A stretch of 63,369 nucleotides of DNA, filler included, from Octopus bimaculoides (lineage: Eukaryota): assembly GCF_001194135.2 (NCBI RefSeq). It is 5 parts of 4 records of this genome, joined end to end, with 100 filler letters (N's around TTAATTAATTAA, not from the genome) between each part and the next. Parts side by side here need not be neighbours in the genome. Positions count along the whole stretch, not along the records: positions 30,030 to 46,575 come from NC_068983.1; positions 46,676 to 61,561 come from NC_069000.1; 3 more parts are not named here. One strand, 5' to 3'. The first letter of the stretch is position 1, and each line of letters begins with the position of its first letter. The position numbers were made by a program, and so were the translations under genes. Below are positions 39,481 to 52,711 of this stretch, piece after piece. The notes below the pieces were generated by a model. It ran no database searches, had not been told where the DNA came from, and was given only the letters and a program-made list of their open reading frames with translations.

Positions 39481-41121
39481 TCGTGTTTACAGACTTAATA
39501 TTCTAAATTACAAAGCTGGTCCTTCTTCACAATGTATAATAGTGACAGAGACTGTATTAATACTGAGAAATAATACTTATCCCCACTTAAATATGGATGT
39601 TCTATTCATATATCTCTAACAGTTGAGTGTCCATCATTGACAATGCCAAGGAAAGTCAAAATCACATGATCTGGTGGTCTAGGCACTGGAGGTGGTGGGG
39701 ATTTATCTCCCTATTAGTGATATAAACAAGAGTGCATTTAGTACCAAAAGTCAATATGAGAATTTCTCTCATGGGTATCTACCACAGTATAGTTTGTTCT
39801 AACAGAACATCCATGTTTAAGTTGAGATAAATATTACTTTCTCACAATGTCTTAAATAAAAGAAAGAAACAAACAAAATAAGAGCATCTAACAATGAACA
39901 AAACACCAAGATAGCTCAATTTAAAAAGGTAGACCTCATTTCGCAGACAAGAGATTTGTATTAGAAAGATTATATCTCTTTAAAACATCTCTTGCAATCA
40001 CTGCAGATACTTGAATTGATTTTACAGTTGTAAAACTTATTTACAGCAAAAGAAATCAAAGGTTAAAACAGACAGAAAAATCAGTGAGATGGGGATGAAT
40101 CTTCTTGACTTTGTGTTTTAAGTAAATATCAGCTTCTTCTTCAGAAACAATCATCGAATTTTTCATTTTCTTTGAATTGTATAAAACGTGGATTTATGAA
40201 ATATAGAATCGATCCTCATGGTTCAGTCTTTTAGAAATGATATTTGATGTCTTATCTCAAACAATTAGCTTTATGGCACTTTAAGGATCCAAGATTCTTT
40301 TCTGCCACATTTCTCATCCAGGTTTCTCATCTCAGGTCCCAACTTATTTTAGATATGCCAAAATGGAAATGAGTATGTTTAAGAACATTCTTGAAGTGAA
40401 GCCTCGATCAGCAATGCATACATGTTTTCTTTTTTATGTTGTAACTTCTTTAAACTAATGGTTTCAAATTCTAGTGCAATACTAGCAATTTGAGGAGAAG
40501 GAATAAGTTGATTATATCAACCCAGTTCTCAACTGGTAGTTATTTTTATTTTTTATTTTTTTTATCCTGAAAGGATGAAAGCTAAAATCACCTTCAGCAG
40601 AATTTTTACTCAGAATGTAAAGAGCCAGAAGAAATGCTGCTAAGTATTGATAAGTTCTTATCCTATAAAAGTTTATAGAACCAGCCAAAGGTGGTTCCTG
40701 TCTCTTAGGCATCAATCTAAGATCAGCTTCAAGAATGCCTCCATTTGTAGTTAATGAACCAAAGGACAGGGATGTTTCTATTCTTTACGGGAAAAGAGGA
40801 TTATATTGTAATTACTTGATGTGAACACTTTGACAAGTTAAGGTGTAGATGTGCTGTGATTCTCCATTCTAAATTTTATCTTACTTAACCCTCTGACTTA
40901 GGTCCAAGATACACATCCCACAGATGTTCTGGGATGAATCATCAGTGAGGTCTCAAGGTATTTTGGGTCTTTCAAAATCAGACACTTGCCCAATTGACCC
41001 AGCTGGAGTTGATCAAGTTTTAGCTTGCATTCCACTAACAGCAAACCATCAATCTGCCTCCTTTTGCAAATAACAAAGGGAAACTTGAGTGTCTGAAGAA
41101 TTTGGTGATTTATGTGATAGC

Positions 41122-41159
<38 letters not shown>

Positions 41160-42318
41160 ATTAAAATGTAAAATTCTATGTCAAAAGGAGAAATGAAGTT
41201 TGACATTTTGGGCAGGCACATTCTTAAATATGAATAGTTTCTTTGTAGCTAACATTTAGAACTGACAAGTGTTGTTACATACTGTGGACTATTGGATGAT
41301 GAAGTACTATTCATCAACGTCATTATTGTTATTGTCATCATCATCATCATCATCACCACCATCATCATCATCATCATCATCGTCATCATCAACAACAGTA
41401 ATATTTTTTTTTTTTTTTTGACATCTAAATTGCCTAGAATCTATTTTGGAATCCCACTAAATTTAAAACCTTAAGAAATACATAAATGACCACAACAACA
41501 GCGACAAAAGCGATTTGCATGACAATGTTGTGTGACTTCATACAACAGCATGATTCCATTATGCTGCACTGAACCTAAAGAAAGACATTGTATTTCTTGA
41601 GAAATAAGAAATATATGAACAAGACTTAATATACAAATGTAAATTTCTTATTAGCAAGTAAATTGCAGATATCTCAACACCTTCCTAGGAATCCATTTAT
41701 TTTCTAATTTTCCTATGCACAATTTTCACATGTCATTTCAACTTGTATGCAGTTAAACATAGAATTTACAAAAGAAAGTATACAAAAGCAAAATTGGTCT
41801 TTTTACTTCCTTAGTGTGTAAAATTGAAGTTGGGTCTGAGTATTGATTTGAAAATTTACTGATTTATTTGTGAAAGACTTGTTTAATATCAACTATTTTC
41901 TGATAAATGGAATTAAGAAAGAGCTATGATTTTACTTACATTTATTTCTCAATCAGAAATTTCGAAACATGCATTTCTGCTTTGTCAAAAGACTACATTT
42001 CTTTTGAATAACCTGTATTACTTTGTATCCACTTGCTCATAATTTTTGTTTCCCTTGTGTAAAGTTGTCCTCTGTGTTTTAAGTTTACATGCCTTTGATT
42101 CTACTGTCCTACACCTCAGTAATTTTTATAATCACTGGTGTTCTCCAAGCACATAGTACTGTGAAATAAATGCACCTAAACTACTTTGATTCTAGACTCC
42201 GCAGCTAATGAGAAGTTTTTTATGTTGATTTGATCTTTTCTATTAATTAGTTTCCATGCTCTCTCATTTGATTTACATGTGTGTGTGTGTGTGTGTGTGC
42301 ATGTGCATGCAGGTGTAT

Positions 42319-42360
<42 letters not shown>

Positions 42361-42791
42361 ATGTGTGCGTGCGCATGCATACATGTGTGTGTGATTTTAT
42401 CACTTCTGAGAAATAGTATAACTGCTGCAATGTTTCAAACTCGCCCTGGTTGTTCATCGTTGATTTAAACTAATGAAATGTGCCTTGGATTTGGGAGGTT
42501 TTGCAACACCTTTGTTCTTTGCTAACATCTCCGTTGATATTTTCCCTCACATAATAATTGATTTTGGAACATTGCACATGGTGGTGTGGCTTAGAAAGAA
42601 AATGTCTCAGGATCCTGTAGTGGAGCTGTGTCTTTGTTTATCCAAAATATGTAAGCTATGCATTTCTTCTGGCTCTTTGTGTGTTGGGTTCAAATTTCAC
42701 TAAGGTTGGCTTTGCCTTCAAGGTAGATAAAATAAATACCAGCCGAGCACTGGGGTCAATGTGTTCAACACCCCTAACTTATAGTAGAAAG

Positions 42792-42828
<37 letters not shown>

Positions 42829-42931
42829 GGAGTAAGCACATAAAATGTGCAACAAGATGGAAAATAGAGTACTCAAATACCAGAGGTAGAGTAATATGCT
42901 TTATTTAAAAGCAGCAGAAATATAACAAAAG

Positions 42932-42971
42932 ACTGTTACTCAGAGTTTCACGTTCCCGTTCATCGGACAGT
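42932..42971 (-). ncRNA. Type I minimal hammerhead motif inside a perfect 31-bp inverted repeat
   Basis: ACUGU-CCGAUGA-ACG ggaa CGU-GAA-ACUC U GAGU-A-ACAGU. U4 is changed to C. Flanking arms are 42899-42929 and 42988-43018. Confidence 0.68.
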
Positions 42972-43030
42972 TTTGTTAGAAAAACTGTTTGTTATATTTC
43001 TGCTGCTTTTAAATAAAGTATATATATATT

Positions 43031-43187
43031 ATACAGTAAGTTTTAACTATTTTTCTAACGCGACTCTCTCTATTTCTATCTCCCCCTCTCATTCTTCCCT
43101 CTACTGTTCTTCGCCTCTACCTGTAACTACTTCTCTCTCTCTCTCTATCTCTTCTTACTCGTCCTTCGCCTCTCACCGTTACTACTA

Positions 43188-43225
<38 letters not shown>

Positions 43226-43672
43226 NNNNNNNNNNNNNNNNNNNNNNNNNNNNNNNNNNNNNNNNNNNNNNNNNNNNNNNNNNNNNNNNNNNNNNNNNNN
43301 NNNNNNNNNNNNNNNNNNNNNNNNNNNNNNNNNNNNNNNNNNNNNNNNNNNNNNNNNNNNNNNNNNNNNNNNNNNNNNNNNNNNNNNNNNNNNNNNNNNN
43401 NNNNNNNNNNNNNNNNNNNNNNNNNNNNNNNNNNNNNNNNNNNNNNNNNNNNNNNNNNNNNNTACTGCCTTAATTCTTTGAAACGCCAGAGTTTTATGGT
43501 GGCAGCTGATGAAGGGGATGTTTCTATGTGGCCTGCTTGTTTGTTGCACCTTGTTTACCATTTTGTCCATGTTCTTTTGCCACGTCATGTACCCAGTTAT
43601 GTATCTATATGTACATGTAGATGAACGTATATACATACACATACATATATATGCATATACTCATATATTGTT
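43031..43672 (+). repeat. Interspersed repeat, block B (43031-43225), gap, then block A (43463-43672)
   Basis: Near-identical to 11984-12170 and 11786-11952. Confidence 0.8.
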
Positions 43673-43703
<31 letters not shown>

Positions 43704-43704
43704 A

Positions 43705-44935
43705 TACTGTATATACTGGCATACAGAACGGATTTTTGAACTTTTAAAAAATCACCCCAAGACTAGGGTTTATCATATATACCCCATATAAAATCTGAAC
43801 CTTAACTTCCTGTGGTTTAGAGTAGCACCAATGTCAATGGAGAACAATGTAAAGCACTTGCATAGATCCTACTGATATTTACATGTATGATTAGGAAGCT
43901 GGATTAATAGTAAGATTATATTAAAATAACAGTACAGCAAACTTAGCAGACAAACAGCAGTTACCATTTGCAACAGCTGACAAACAGAAAATGTAAACAA
44001 TCAGTTTGTTCAGCCGGGTCCCAAGGTCTATTCTGTTTAAAGTGCTTTGTTAGAGTGCTCTCCCATACAAGTGTAGTTTACAGTAACTAATCTACCTGTT
44101 ACCACAGATTACCAGCATGTACCGGTACTTTCTGTGACTGGCCAGTTTGTGTCAATCAGATCAATCATAGCTACCAGTTATTTTTAATAATTTACATATA
44201 GAGTTTCTTGAAAAGGCTCAAGTTGTCACTCTTTCATAAGCAGCAGTACTTTCACTGGGTGAACATTAATTTCCAGCAACTGTAAAACCCCCTCCTGACT
44301 CCAAGTGATAAACGAAGGAAATATGAAGATTTAAGCTAAAAGTGGTAGCATATGCTGAGTCCCACAACAGTTGTGCTACTGCAAGAGAATACGATGTAAC
44401 CAAGAAGATGGTAAAAGTTTGGAGATTAAAAGAAAACTTATTAAGGAGTATACCCAGGACCAAATGTGCAATGAGAGGGGGAACTGCACACTGGCTGATT
44501 CTAAAGAAGCACGTAGCAGACATGGTCCATGAGCAGCATCAAAATGGATATATTATTTCAAGAAATAAGATACGCATTTGTGCACTTAAGTGGACTAAAA
44601 CCAACAAAGGGCACAGCAAAGACTTCAAAGCAACTGTTTTGTGGTGTAGTCACTTCATGAAAAGATATGATTTTGTACTGAGATAGAAAACTAAAATATC
44701 ACAGAAATTACCAGCAGGTCTTGAGGCTAAGATAACTAATTTCCATCGCTACATAATACAACAGTGTAAGAAACATCATTATCTATTGAGCAATATAGGA
44801 AACATGGATGAAGCACCCATAAACTTTGTTATGGTCGATAATAGAATTGTAAATACAAAGGGCACAAAAACAGTGTTAGTGAAAACAACAGGGCATGAAA
44901 AGACAAGATTTACAGTAGCACTTTCATTCATGGCA
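43705..44935 (+). mobile_element. pogo-superfamily (POGK/Tigger-like) transposon, 3'-truncated
   Basis: TACTGTATATACTGG terminus. Brinker-type DBD (RRKYE..KLKVVAYAE), CENP-B HTH (FKATVLWCSHFMKRY) and DDE_1 start (IGNMDEAP...VKTTGHEKTRFTV). Confidence 0.9.
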
Positions 44936-45925
44936 CAGTCCTACCAATAGTCCTGTGAAGCAAGACAAAATTTACACTAGCAGTGTACTTTATAACAACG
45001 TTTTTAATACATTACAATATAATATTATACATACTTTACGGTGGTGCACCAGCATGACCGCAGCCACTTGGCTGAAACACATAAATAAATAAATAAATAA
45101 ATAAAAATACTGTAAGTAAATCTGTAAGTCCATTTCAAGTAAATGGTGTTATAATAGAAATTCATTTCAAGTAAATGGTGTTATACTTGACACCATGTTA
45201 GTTCCTGTGAAATAACCAACATCTAAGCGATGTCACTATGGTAGTGTTTACACCAGCAAGGTATGTTTGATGTATATTATAGTAGGTAATTCACCAATGC
45301 ACCCATGTACACACACGCACACCCCTATAAAGTGGACACCACCCCCAACACATACCCCTGCACACAAATTGTACCCCTACACATGCACAGACCCCCCCCC
45401 CCCCACCACCACCACCACACACACACACACATTACACATTACACACAAATTACACACTGCACACTAACAAAAATTCCCCTACAACTTTATACTTTACAGA
45501 AAGAAAACAGACCAACAAACACAGCTATATATATCTACACCCCCGGATAAAATTATGCATATGGCACCACTACACATACCACACACCCTATCCCCACAGG
45601 AGCACTACATTAATAATACACATCTTCCCCACTTCAAGATAGCGCTTGCCAGCTTAACAGCATACCCAACCAAGGGACATAGACCCTAACCTAATCCCCT
45701 GGCCCCTTTTTCATTTCACCACCTTTTTTCACAGCAGCCACTGACCAGTTGTGCTAATCCATCTCTGACAATAGAGAGTAGTTGCCATATTCCCTTCCAT
45801 ATCTCCTAACTCTGGTGAGCATAAACTTATGTAATCGGATTGTTAGCTAACATTCCATTATATTCTTTATGCGAAACCGACTGGTAAGATCAGCTGTGAT
45901 GGATATTTAATACTATACTATTCAG

Positions 45926-45960
<35 letters not shown>

Positions 45961-46199
45961 ATGTAGCTTCACACATTCAAATATACTAATAGATGATGTT
46001 TCATTTCAGATACTGTTCATGAGTTCTTTCACTGCTCTAATTAGGCAGCACTAAAGAGAACATACTTGTGCTGCACTATTATTATAGTACAAGGTGTCCC
46101 AAAAGTCATTGATAGGATTCAGTTTTGAATAACTTCCTTAACTCTACAAAAAATGCATGTAATTTTGATACAATATAAAGGACATAATGGAAATTAATA

Positions 46200-46575
46200 A
46201 GCACAAATCTTTGGAGATTTCTGCGGGACAACCTGTTGAAAGCCACCGACCAGATTTGTGGGTGGTGTAAGGCCCCCTCCCGACCCAGAGTAACGTGGTG
46301 GTGGAACAAGAAGGTAGACAGGGCTATTAGACAAAAGAAACAGGCTTGGAAGGACTGGAAGAACGGTGGTAGCAGGGAATTGTACCAATGTGCCAGAAGG
46401 GAGGCTAGGCAACAGGTTTATTTAGCCAGAGGGGAAGCAGATAAGGAAAGATTTGCCAATGTTCTGCGCCGTGAGGACCAAAGACTCGAGGTATTTCGTG
46501 TTGCAAGACAGTGTAGGAGAGAGAATAGTGATGTTGTAGGAGAGAAATGTGTTCGCATGGATGATGGTACGCTTG
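46200..46575 (+). mobile_element. RTE-clade LINE ORF2 fragment (EN-RT linker)
   Basis: PRVTWWWNKKVDRAIRQKKQAWKDWK...YQCARREAR...VVGEKCVRMDDG. Confidence 0.85.
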
Positions 46576-46684
46576 NNNNNNNNNNNNNNNNNNNNNNNNN
46601 NNNNNNNNNNNNNNNNNNNTTAATTAATTAANNNNNNNNNNNNNNNNNNNNNNNNNNNNNNNNNNNNNNNNNNNNATATATATA

Positions 46685-46925
46685 TATATATATATATACA
46701 CACGTGTGTGTGTTTGTGTCCGTGTTTGTCACCCCCACCAGCTTCGCTTGACAACCGATGTTGGTGTGTCTTCGACCCTGTAACTTAGCTGTTCGTCCGA
46801 AGATACTGATAGAATAAGCATCAGGCTTACAGAGAAAAAGTACAGGGGGTGATTTCTTCGGCTAAAGGGCGGTGCTCCAGCATGGCAACCGTCAAATGAC
46901 TGAAACAAGTAAAAAAATAAAAGAA
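46685..46925 (+). mobile_element. SINE family B, 3' half
   Basis: Matches 47640-47840, including the ggcggtgctccagcatgg...gactgaaacaagtaaaa tail. Confidence 0.8.
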
Positions 46926-47218
46926 TACCAGAAGAGTATTCCATACCACCAAACCAAGAAGATTCTTTGAATATGGACGATGTATTCTAAGGCTAAATGG
47001 TAATTCTGTCTACGTTTGCATAACAGATATTTTGCTTGGATTATATAATTATTTGTTTTACACTTCTTTCTATATTCCGTGACTGTCACAATATCGAAAC
47101 ATTTCTCATGGCACCAGCATACAATTTACAGATTCTTACATTCTTTATATTTTCCGTGAAGTTTCCACGGGTCCAGTTTGTTGTTGTTGTTGCTGCTGTT
47201 GTTATCATTATTATTAGG

Positions 47219-47521
47219 GTGGCGAGCTGGCAGAATCATTAACACACACGGTAAAACGCTTAGCGGCATTTCGTCTGTCTTTACGCTCTGAGATCAAACT
47301 CTGCCGAGGTCGTCATTGTCTTTTATCCTTTTGGAGTCGATAAATTAAGTACCATAGGCGCAGGAGTGGCTGTGTGGTAAGTAACTTGCTTATCTACCAC
47401 ATGGCTCCGGGTTCAGTCCCACTGCGTGGCACCTTGGGCAAGTGTCTTCTACTATAGCCTCGGGCCGACCAAAGCCTTGTGAGTGGATTTGGTAGACGGA
47501 AACTGAAAGAAGTCCGTCGTA

Positions 47522-47556
<35 letters not shown>

Positions 47557-47925
47557 NNNNNNNNNNNNNNNNNNNNNNNNNNNNNNNNNNNNNNNNNNNN
47601 NNNNNNNNNNNNNNTGTGTGTGTGTGTGTGTGTGTGTATTTGTGTGTCTGTGTTTGTCCCCCCAACATCGCTTGACAACCGATGCTGGTGTGTTTAGGTT
47701 CCCGTAACTTAGCGGTTCGGCAAAAGAGACCGATAGAATAAGTACTAGGCTTACAAAGAACAAGTCCTGGGGTCGATTAGTTCGACTAAAGGCGGTGCTC
47801 CAGCATGGCCACAGTCAAATGACTGAAACAAGTAAAAGAGTTCCCAATTTAGTATTGGATCCAATGTAATCAACTAGTCCCCTCACCCAAATTTTAGGTT
47901 TGTTGCCTTTAATAGAAAGGATTAT
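47219..47925 (+). mobile_element. SINE family A interrupted by a family B SINE
   Basis: Family A head at 47219-47353. It resumes at about 47843 (gatccaatgtaatcaactagtcccctc...aatagaaaggattatt). Confidence 0.8.
47354..47840 (+). mobile_element. SINE family B, full length
   Basis: A box gtggctgtgtggtaag, B box gggttcagtccc, core, (TA)n(TG)n and 3' tail. Confidence 0.9.
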
Positions 47926-49118
47926 TATTATTGTTGTTCTTGTTTCTGATTTCGGCACAAGCTGAATAATGGGGTTTGTCGATAAGAGTATTTATCTGGT
48001 ACTTTATGTCATCGTCTTGTTTCACTCATTGGACCACGGCCATGCTGGTGTAATGCCTTCCAAAATTGTTTTGTCACCTTTGTTTCTATTTAAAGCGATA
48101 TTAGAATGTTGCAACAAGAATACAAGCTATAAAGTATACAATATTATGAAAAATTACTAGAATTATTGAGCTTAGTTTGTATCATAATTAATACACATAT
48201 TTACAATTTACAATTAATCGAAAATATATAATTGTATATAATGATTGTTGTAATTTACTTATTCATACTGGCACAAACAATTTCTAGAACAAATACTAAA
48301 TTACTTAGTTTATCAGAGGAAAAAAATATATTTTTGTAAATAAAATTGTATACAGTTATAAATGAATTAGCTATTTGAAAACAAAAAAAAAAAAAAAAAA
48401 AAAAAACAGAAATGCGTACATAGAAGTAAATGTTTTTGAACACAATATGGCGTAATGTAGAATTATTTATATATTATTATTATCATTATTATTATCACTG
48501 ATTAATAAATTAAATCAATGTATTTATAAAGTATAATCGTTTAGTATAATGAAGCTAGCTTATTTGAAATCTATAATTAATATTTCACTACGAATATAAT
48601 CATGTATTTTACAGTAAATACAAATATTTTCACTGAATACGAAATACTATGAATTAATCTACTAAATTTTTTTTTATAAATGTCTACCTTATTATAGAAT
48701 TCAGAATAAGTCTCAATAATACAGAATATAGAATTCAGAATAAGTCTCAATACAAGAAACTTACAAAGGATTCAGTATAAAAATTAAAAATAAAAAAACA
48801 TATTTTACCTCAAGTAATAAAATTCAGTTAAAATAAGGAACTTATATAGATCGTTCATCATAATGATAAACAAATATAAATAAGTAAATAAATAATCATA
48901 CATTTAGGTATATTTAATGTTACCTTCAGTATCTTAATTATCCATTATGTAATAAACATGTGTACAAAATAAATGCACAAATGTATGTACATATACATAT
49001 ATATGCATATATACACATAAACGTACATACATATATACAAATGCAGAAACACATGTCCATATACATATATACAGATTTTTTTACATACATACACATAGAT
49101 ACATGAAAATATACAGAA

Positions 49119-49172
<54 letters not shown>

Positions 49173-49408
49173 GCATACATCTACATAGACATGCACACAT
49201 ATATAAAGAATTATATACACAAGCACATGCATACATACACATATATACACACATATATATACATATATACACTTATACACGTATATATACACACACTTAT
49301 ACATACAAATAAGCATATACAAACATGTATATATATATATCAAAACACATATACATACATATACATACACATATACATACACAGATACATATACGCACAC
49401 ACATATAT

Positions 49409-49471
<63 letters not shown>

Positions 49472-49634
49472 GACCTAAACACAAAACAAATACATTGATG
49501 TATATAACTATATACAAATACATTCATCTACACATATACATACTCATAGATATATACATAATAATAATAATAACAACAACAACCAACAACAATAATAATA
49601 ATAATAATAATACATGATAACACTTAACTGATTG

Positions 49635-51789
49635 GAAGTGTTATCATGTACAAATGGCCTTAAATCTTCTAAAAATCCACGACCTATTTCGAAATTTGAA
49701 GCCTTTGAAAAAGACCTTTTCGAGCTTATTACAAGAATTAAATTTCGCAAATTCAACAACCCACTCCAGAGAAATACGAAGGAAAACAATTAGAGACATA
49801 AAAAACTCGGATAAAATCTTCGTAAATTCCAGCGAAACAAAAAAACTTATACGCGGTTGACAAAGATGTTTATAAACGTCTACGTTCGAACAGCATTACA
49901 GACATCTACAAAAAAGATAACACGAATTTATATAAAGAGGTAAATTTGGAGGCAAGAAGAATTGCTAACAATCTTAAAGTTAGTGATAGGATAGAATACT
50001 ACTATTTCTAAATCTCACAACGTGAGATATTCAGCAACAGTACTTTGTAGTAAAGATTGTTTGCCAACATAACATGGCAGTCCTGGTTTAGGACGAATGT
50101 TGCTGTAATTTAATCCCTGGAGACATCGTCTCCAGCTCGCTATACGGCACGATCTGTGTCCTTATATGGGGCTAAAGTACAGCAACATTAGTCCTAAACC
50201 AGGACTGCCATGTTATCAATCTTTACTATGTTATCTTTACTTTATCTTTATCAATTTTTACTATGTTATCATAACATGTCAATCTTACTATGTTATCTTA
50301 CTACAACCTTTACCATGTTATCAATCTTTACTATAAGGATAGAATACCTCCCCCAACGCCAACCCTTTATTACCTTGCAAGACAACAAAGCAAATTTCAA
50401 TAGAAACCCTAAATGTAGACTAATTAACCCAGCTAAAACTGAAATAGACATTATTAGCAAATATATTTTAGATCGTATTTTAAGCAAATTAAATAGTGAA
50501 TTAAATTTACGGATTTGGAAAAATAGCAAGTCAGTGATAGATTGGTTCAAAGCGATTAGCCATAAGCATAACTGCAGATTTACGCAGTTCGATATTGCTG
50601 AATTTTACCCGTCAATATCTAGGCTTTTGTTTCTAAAAGCATTAAACTTCGCCAAGCAGTATGTCACCATCGATAGCTCAGAAATAGATATTATCCTACA
50701 TGCAAGGAAATCCCTCCTTTTTTTATAATGATTCCACCTGGGTCAAAAAGAGTGGGGATTCTCTATTCGATGTACTGATGGGATCATACGATGGGACGGA
50801 GTTGTGTATGCTTATAGGAACTTATATTTTGCATAACCTGCATCTAGAATTCCCTTTTATAGATACAGGATTATACAGGAATGATTGTCTTATAGTCACT
50901 TGTAATTTAAACGGCCATGAGTTAAATAAACTATGTTATATGAGCAAAGAATCAAATCACCCATCCGTAATTCTTAAGAACCTAGTTAGTAATATAGGAA
51001 GGCGAATATCATCTTCAGATAAGGTAGCATTTCAAAATGCCGCGCCGTATTATAAAAATGCATTAAGGAAAGGTGGATTCTCAGAGAAGATCCAGTATAG
51101 TCAAACTAATTCTAACAATAATAGACCACATAGAACTAGAACTAGAAAAGTTTTGTGGTTTAATCCGACATTTAATATTGCCGTAAATACTAATATAGGT
51201 AGGGAATAATTAAAATTATAGAATTATAGAATATTCAATAGGAGAACACTGAAGGTTAGCTATTCTTGTTGCAAAAAACTTCACCTCTTTTATTAATCAG
51301 AATACCACAAAAATTATTACAAACAACCTCAGTACCGAATCTAATCTGAGGAACTGCAATTTCAAAGATAAGACTTCCTGTCCATTAGAAGGTAAATGTC
51401 TTGAAATATGAATTGCTTATAGAGCTAAAGTGCAAATAGATGGCTCACAAGAATATAAAACTTACACAGGGGCTTCGGAGAATTAATTCAAGACTCAGTT
51501 TTATTCCCATCGAAATTCTTTCCGATACCCCGAGAATAGGACAGCAACAAGTCTTGAAAAACATGCCTAGCAATTGAAGGAAAATGACACCAATCCTTTT
51601 AATATCAGCCGGACAATTTTGAAAAAAACACCATTATACAAACATGGAGCTTATAGAAGACCTATAGAATGTAATCTTTGCCTCTCAGAAAAGTTCTTCA
51701 TCCTGTCCCAGGATAAACATGCATTGAATCAGAGACGCGAGCTCTTAAATTCCTGCAGGCATGCTGCGAGGTTTAAAATGTCAACCGAA

Positions 51790-51790
<1 letters not shown>
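49635..51790 (+). mobile_element. Penelope-like retroelement (probably Naiad), RT plus GIY-YIG, copy 2
   Basis: Same family as 26505-27733. MGSYDGTELC, GLYRNDCL, CN(F)..CPLEGKC linker, IAYRA..TYTG, CNLC..LNQRRELLNSCRH. Multiple stops and frameshifts. Confidence 0.9.
50000..50335. mobile_element. Hairpin MITE-like insertion with 12-bp target duplication
   Basis: aggatagaatac at 49988-49999 and 50336-50347. 39-bp inverted arms at 50069-50107 and 50178-50216. Tandem ctatgttatcaatcttta-type units follow. Confidence 0.75.
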
Positions 51791-51836
<46 letters not shown>

Positions 51837-52549
51837 TGACATTAGTGGTATTCTTGTTGTTGTTGTTGTTTAACCTCGCGTCCCACGTCGATTAAACAAG
51901 TGTATATAATGGAAGACAATCTTGACATGACCATCCCTACTTTTTTAGAATAGCTTGGACCACATTATCCTGTATACTCTTTGTTCATAGTGGTGTGCTT
52001 TGACTCGGAGAAGGTTTGGCTATTATTTGGTGGTGGTGGTGGAGGTTTAGTAGAAGTAGTATAGTAGTAAGGGGTGATGGGGAAGAAGAAGGGAGATGGT
52101 GGTGGTAGAGGAGGAAAAGAGGTGAGGGAAAAGGAGAAGGGCTGACTGTGATAGTGATAGTATTTCTGGTGGTGGTGGTGGTGTTGGTGGTGGTGGCGGC
52201 AGTGATAGTTGTGGTTGGTGTGGTGATGGTGGTTATTGGTGTTATAGTTCTTGTTCTAGTAGTGGTGGTGGCGGTGATGTCTGTGGTGGTAGTTTGTCAT
52301 GGTTGTGACGTCCAACGAGAAAATTTTGGAAAGGACCAGGCAGAGCGAAGCTAATTTAACGAGAAAGCTATTATTACACCTTTACATTACACACACACAC
52401 ATTCATAGCAGACACATGAACACAAACACACACACACATACAAACGCAACGCATACGGACGCAGTCACACAACTACATATAAGCGCGAGGTATGGACGAG
52501 TGTAGAAGGAGGCCGACGAGTGCCAGTCAGAGGAAGGGGAGGAAAAGTT

Positions 52550-52677
52550 GGACAGTTAAATAAAGGTGGGTGAGATTGACAGAATAGCAAAGGAGAGAGA
52601 GGAGGAGGAGGAGGAGGAGGAGGAGGGAGAGTGGACGCAGTCGAGATTGAGAGAGAACATATGCGTATGAAAGAGGT

Positions 52678-52711
<34 letters not shown>

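Noticed and set aside
40150-40450. HVCIADRGFTS, a DDE-transposase-like motif on the minus strand
   Set aside because: A single short motif among stops with no supporting domains or termini.
40890-42710. Minus-strand frames whose stops are all TGA (41090-40890 and 42700-42410), suggesting Sec/Trp recoding
   Set aside because: Post hoc selection among many frames. No recognisable protein when TGA is read as W or U. At 40.9 kb the TGAs are simply the antisense of TCA codons in an open plus-strand frame.
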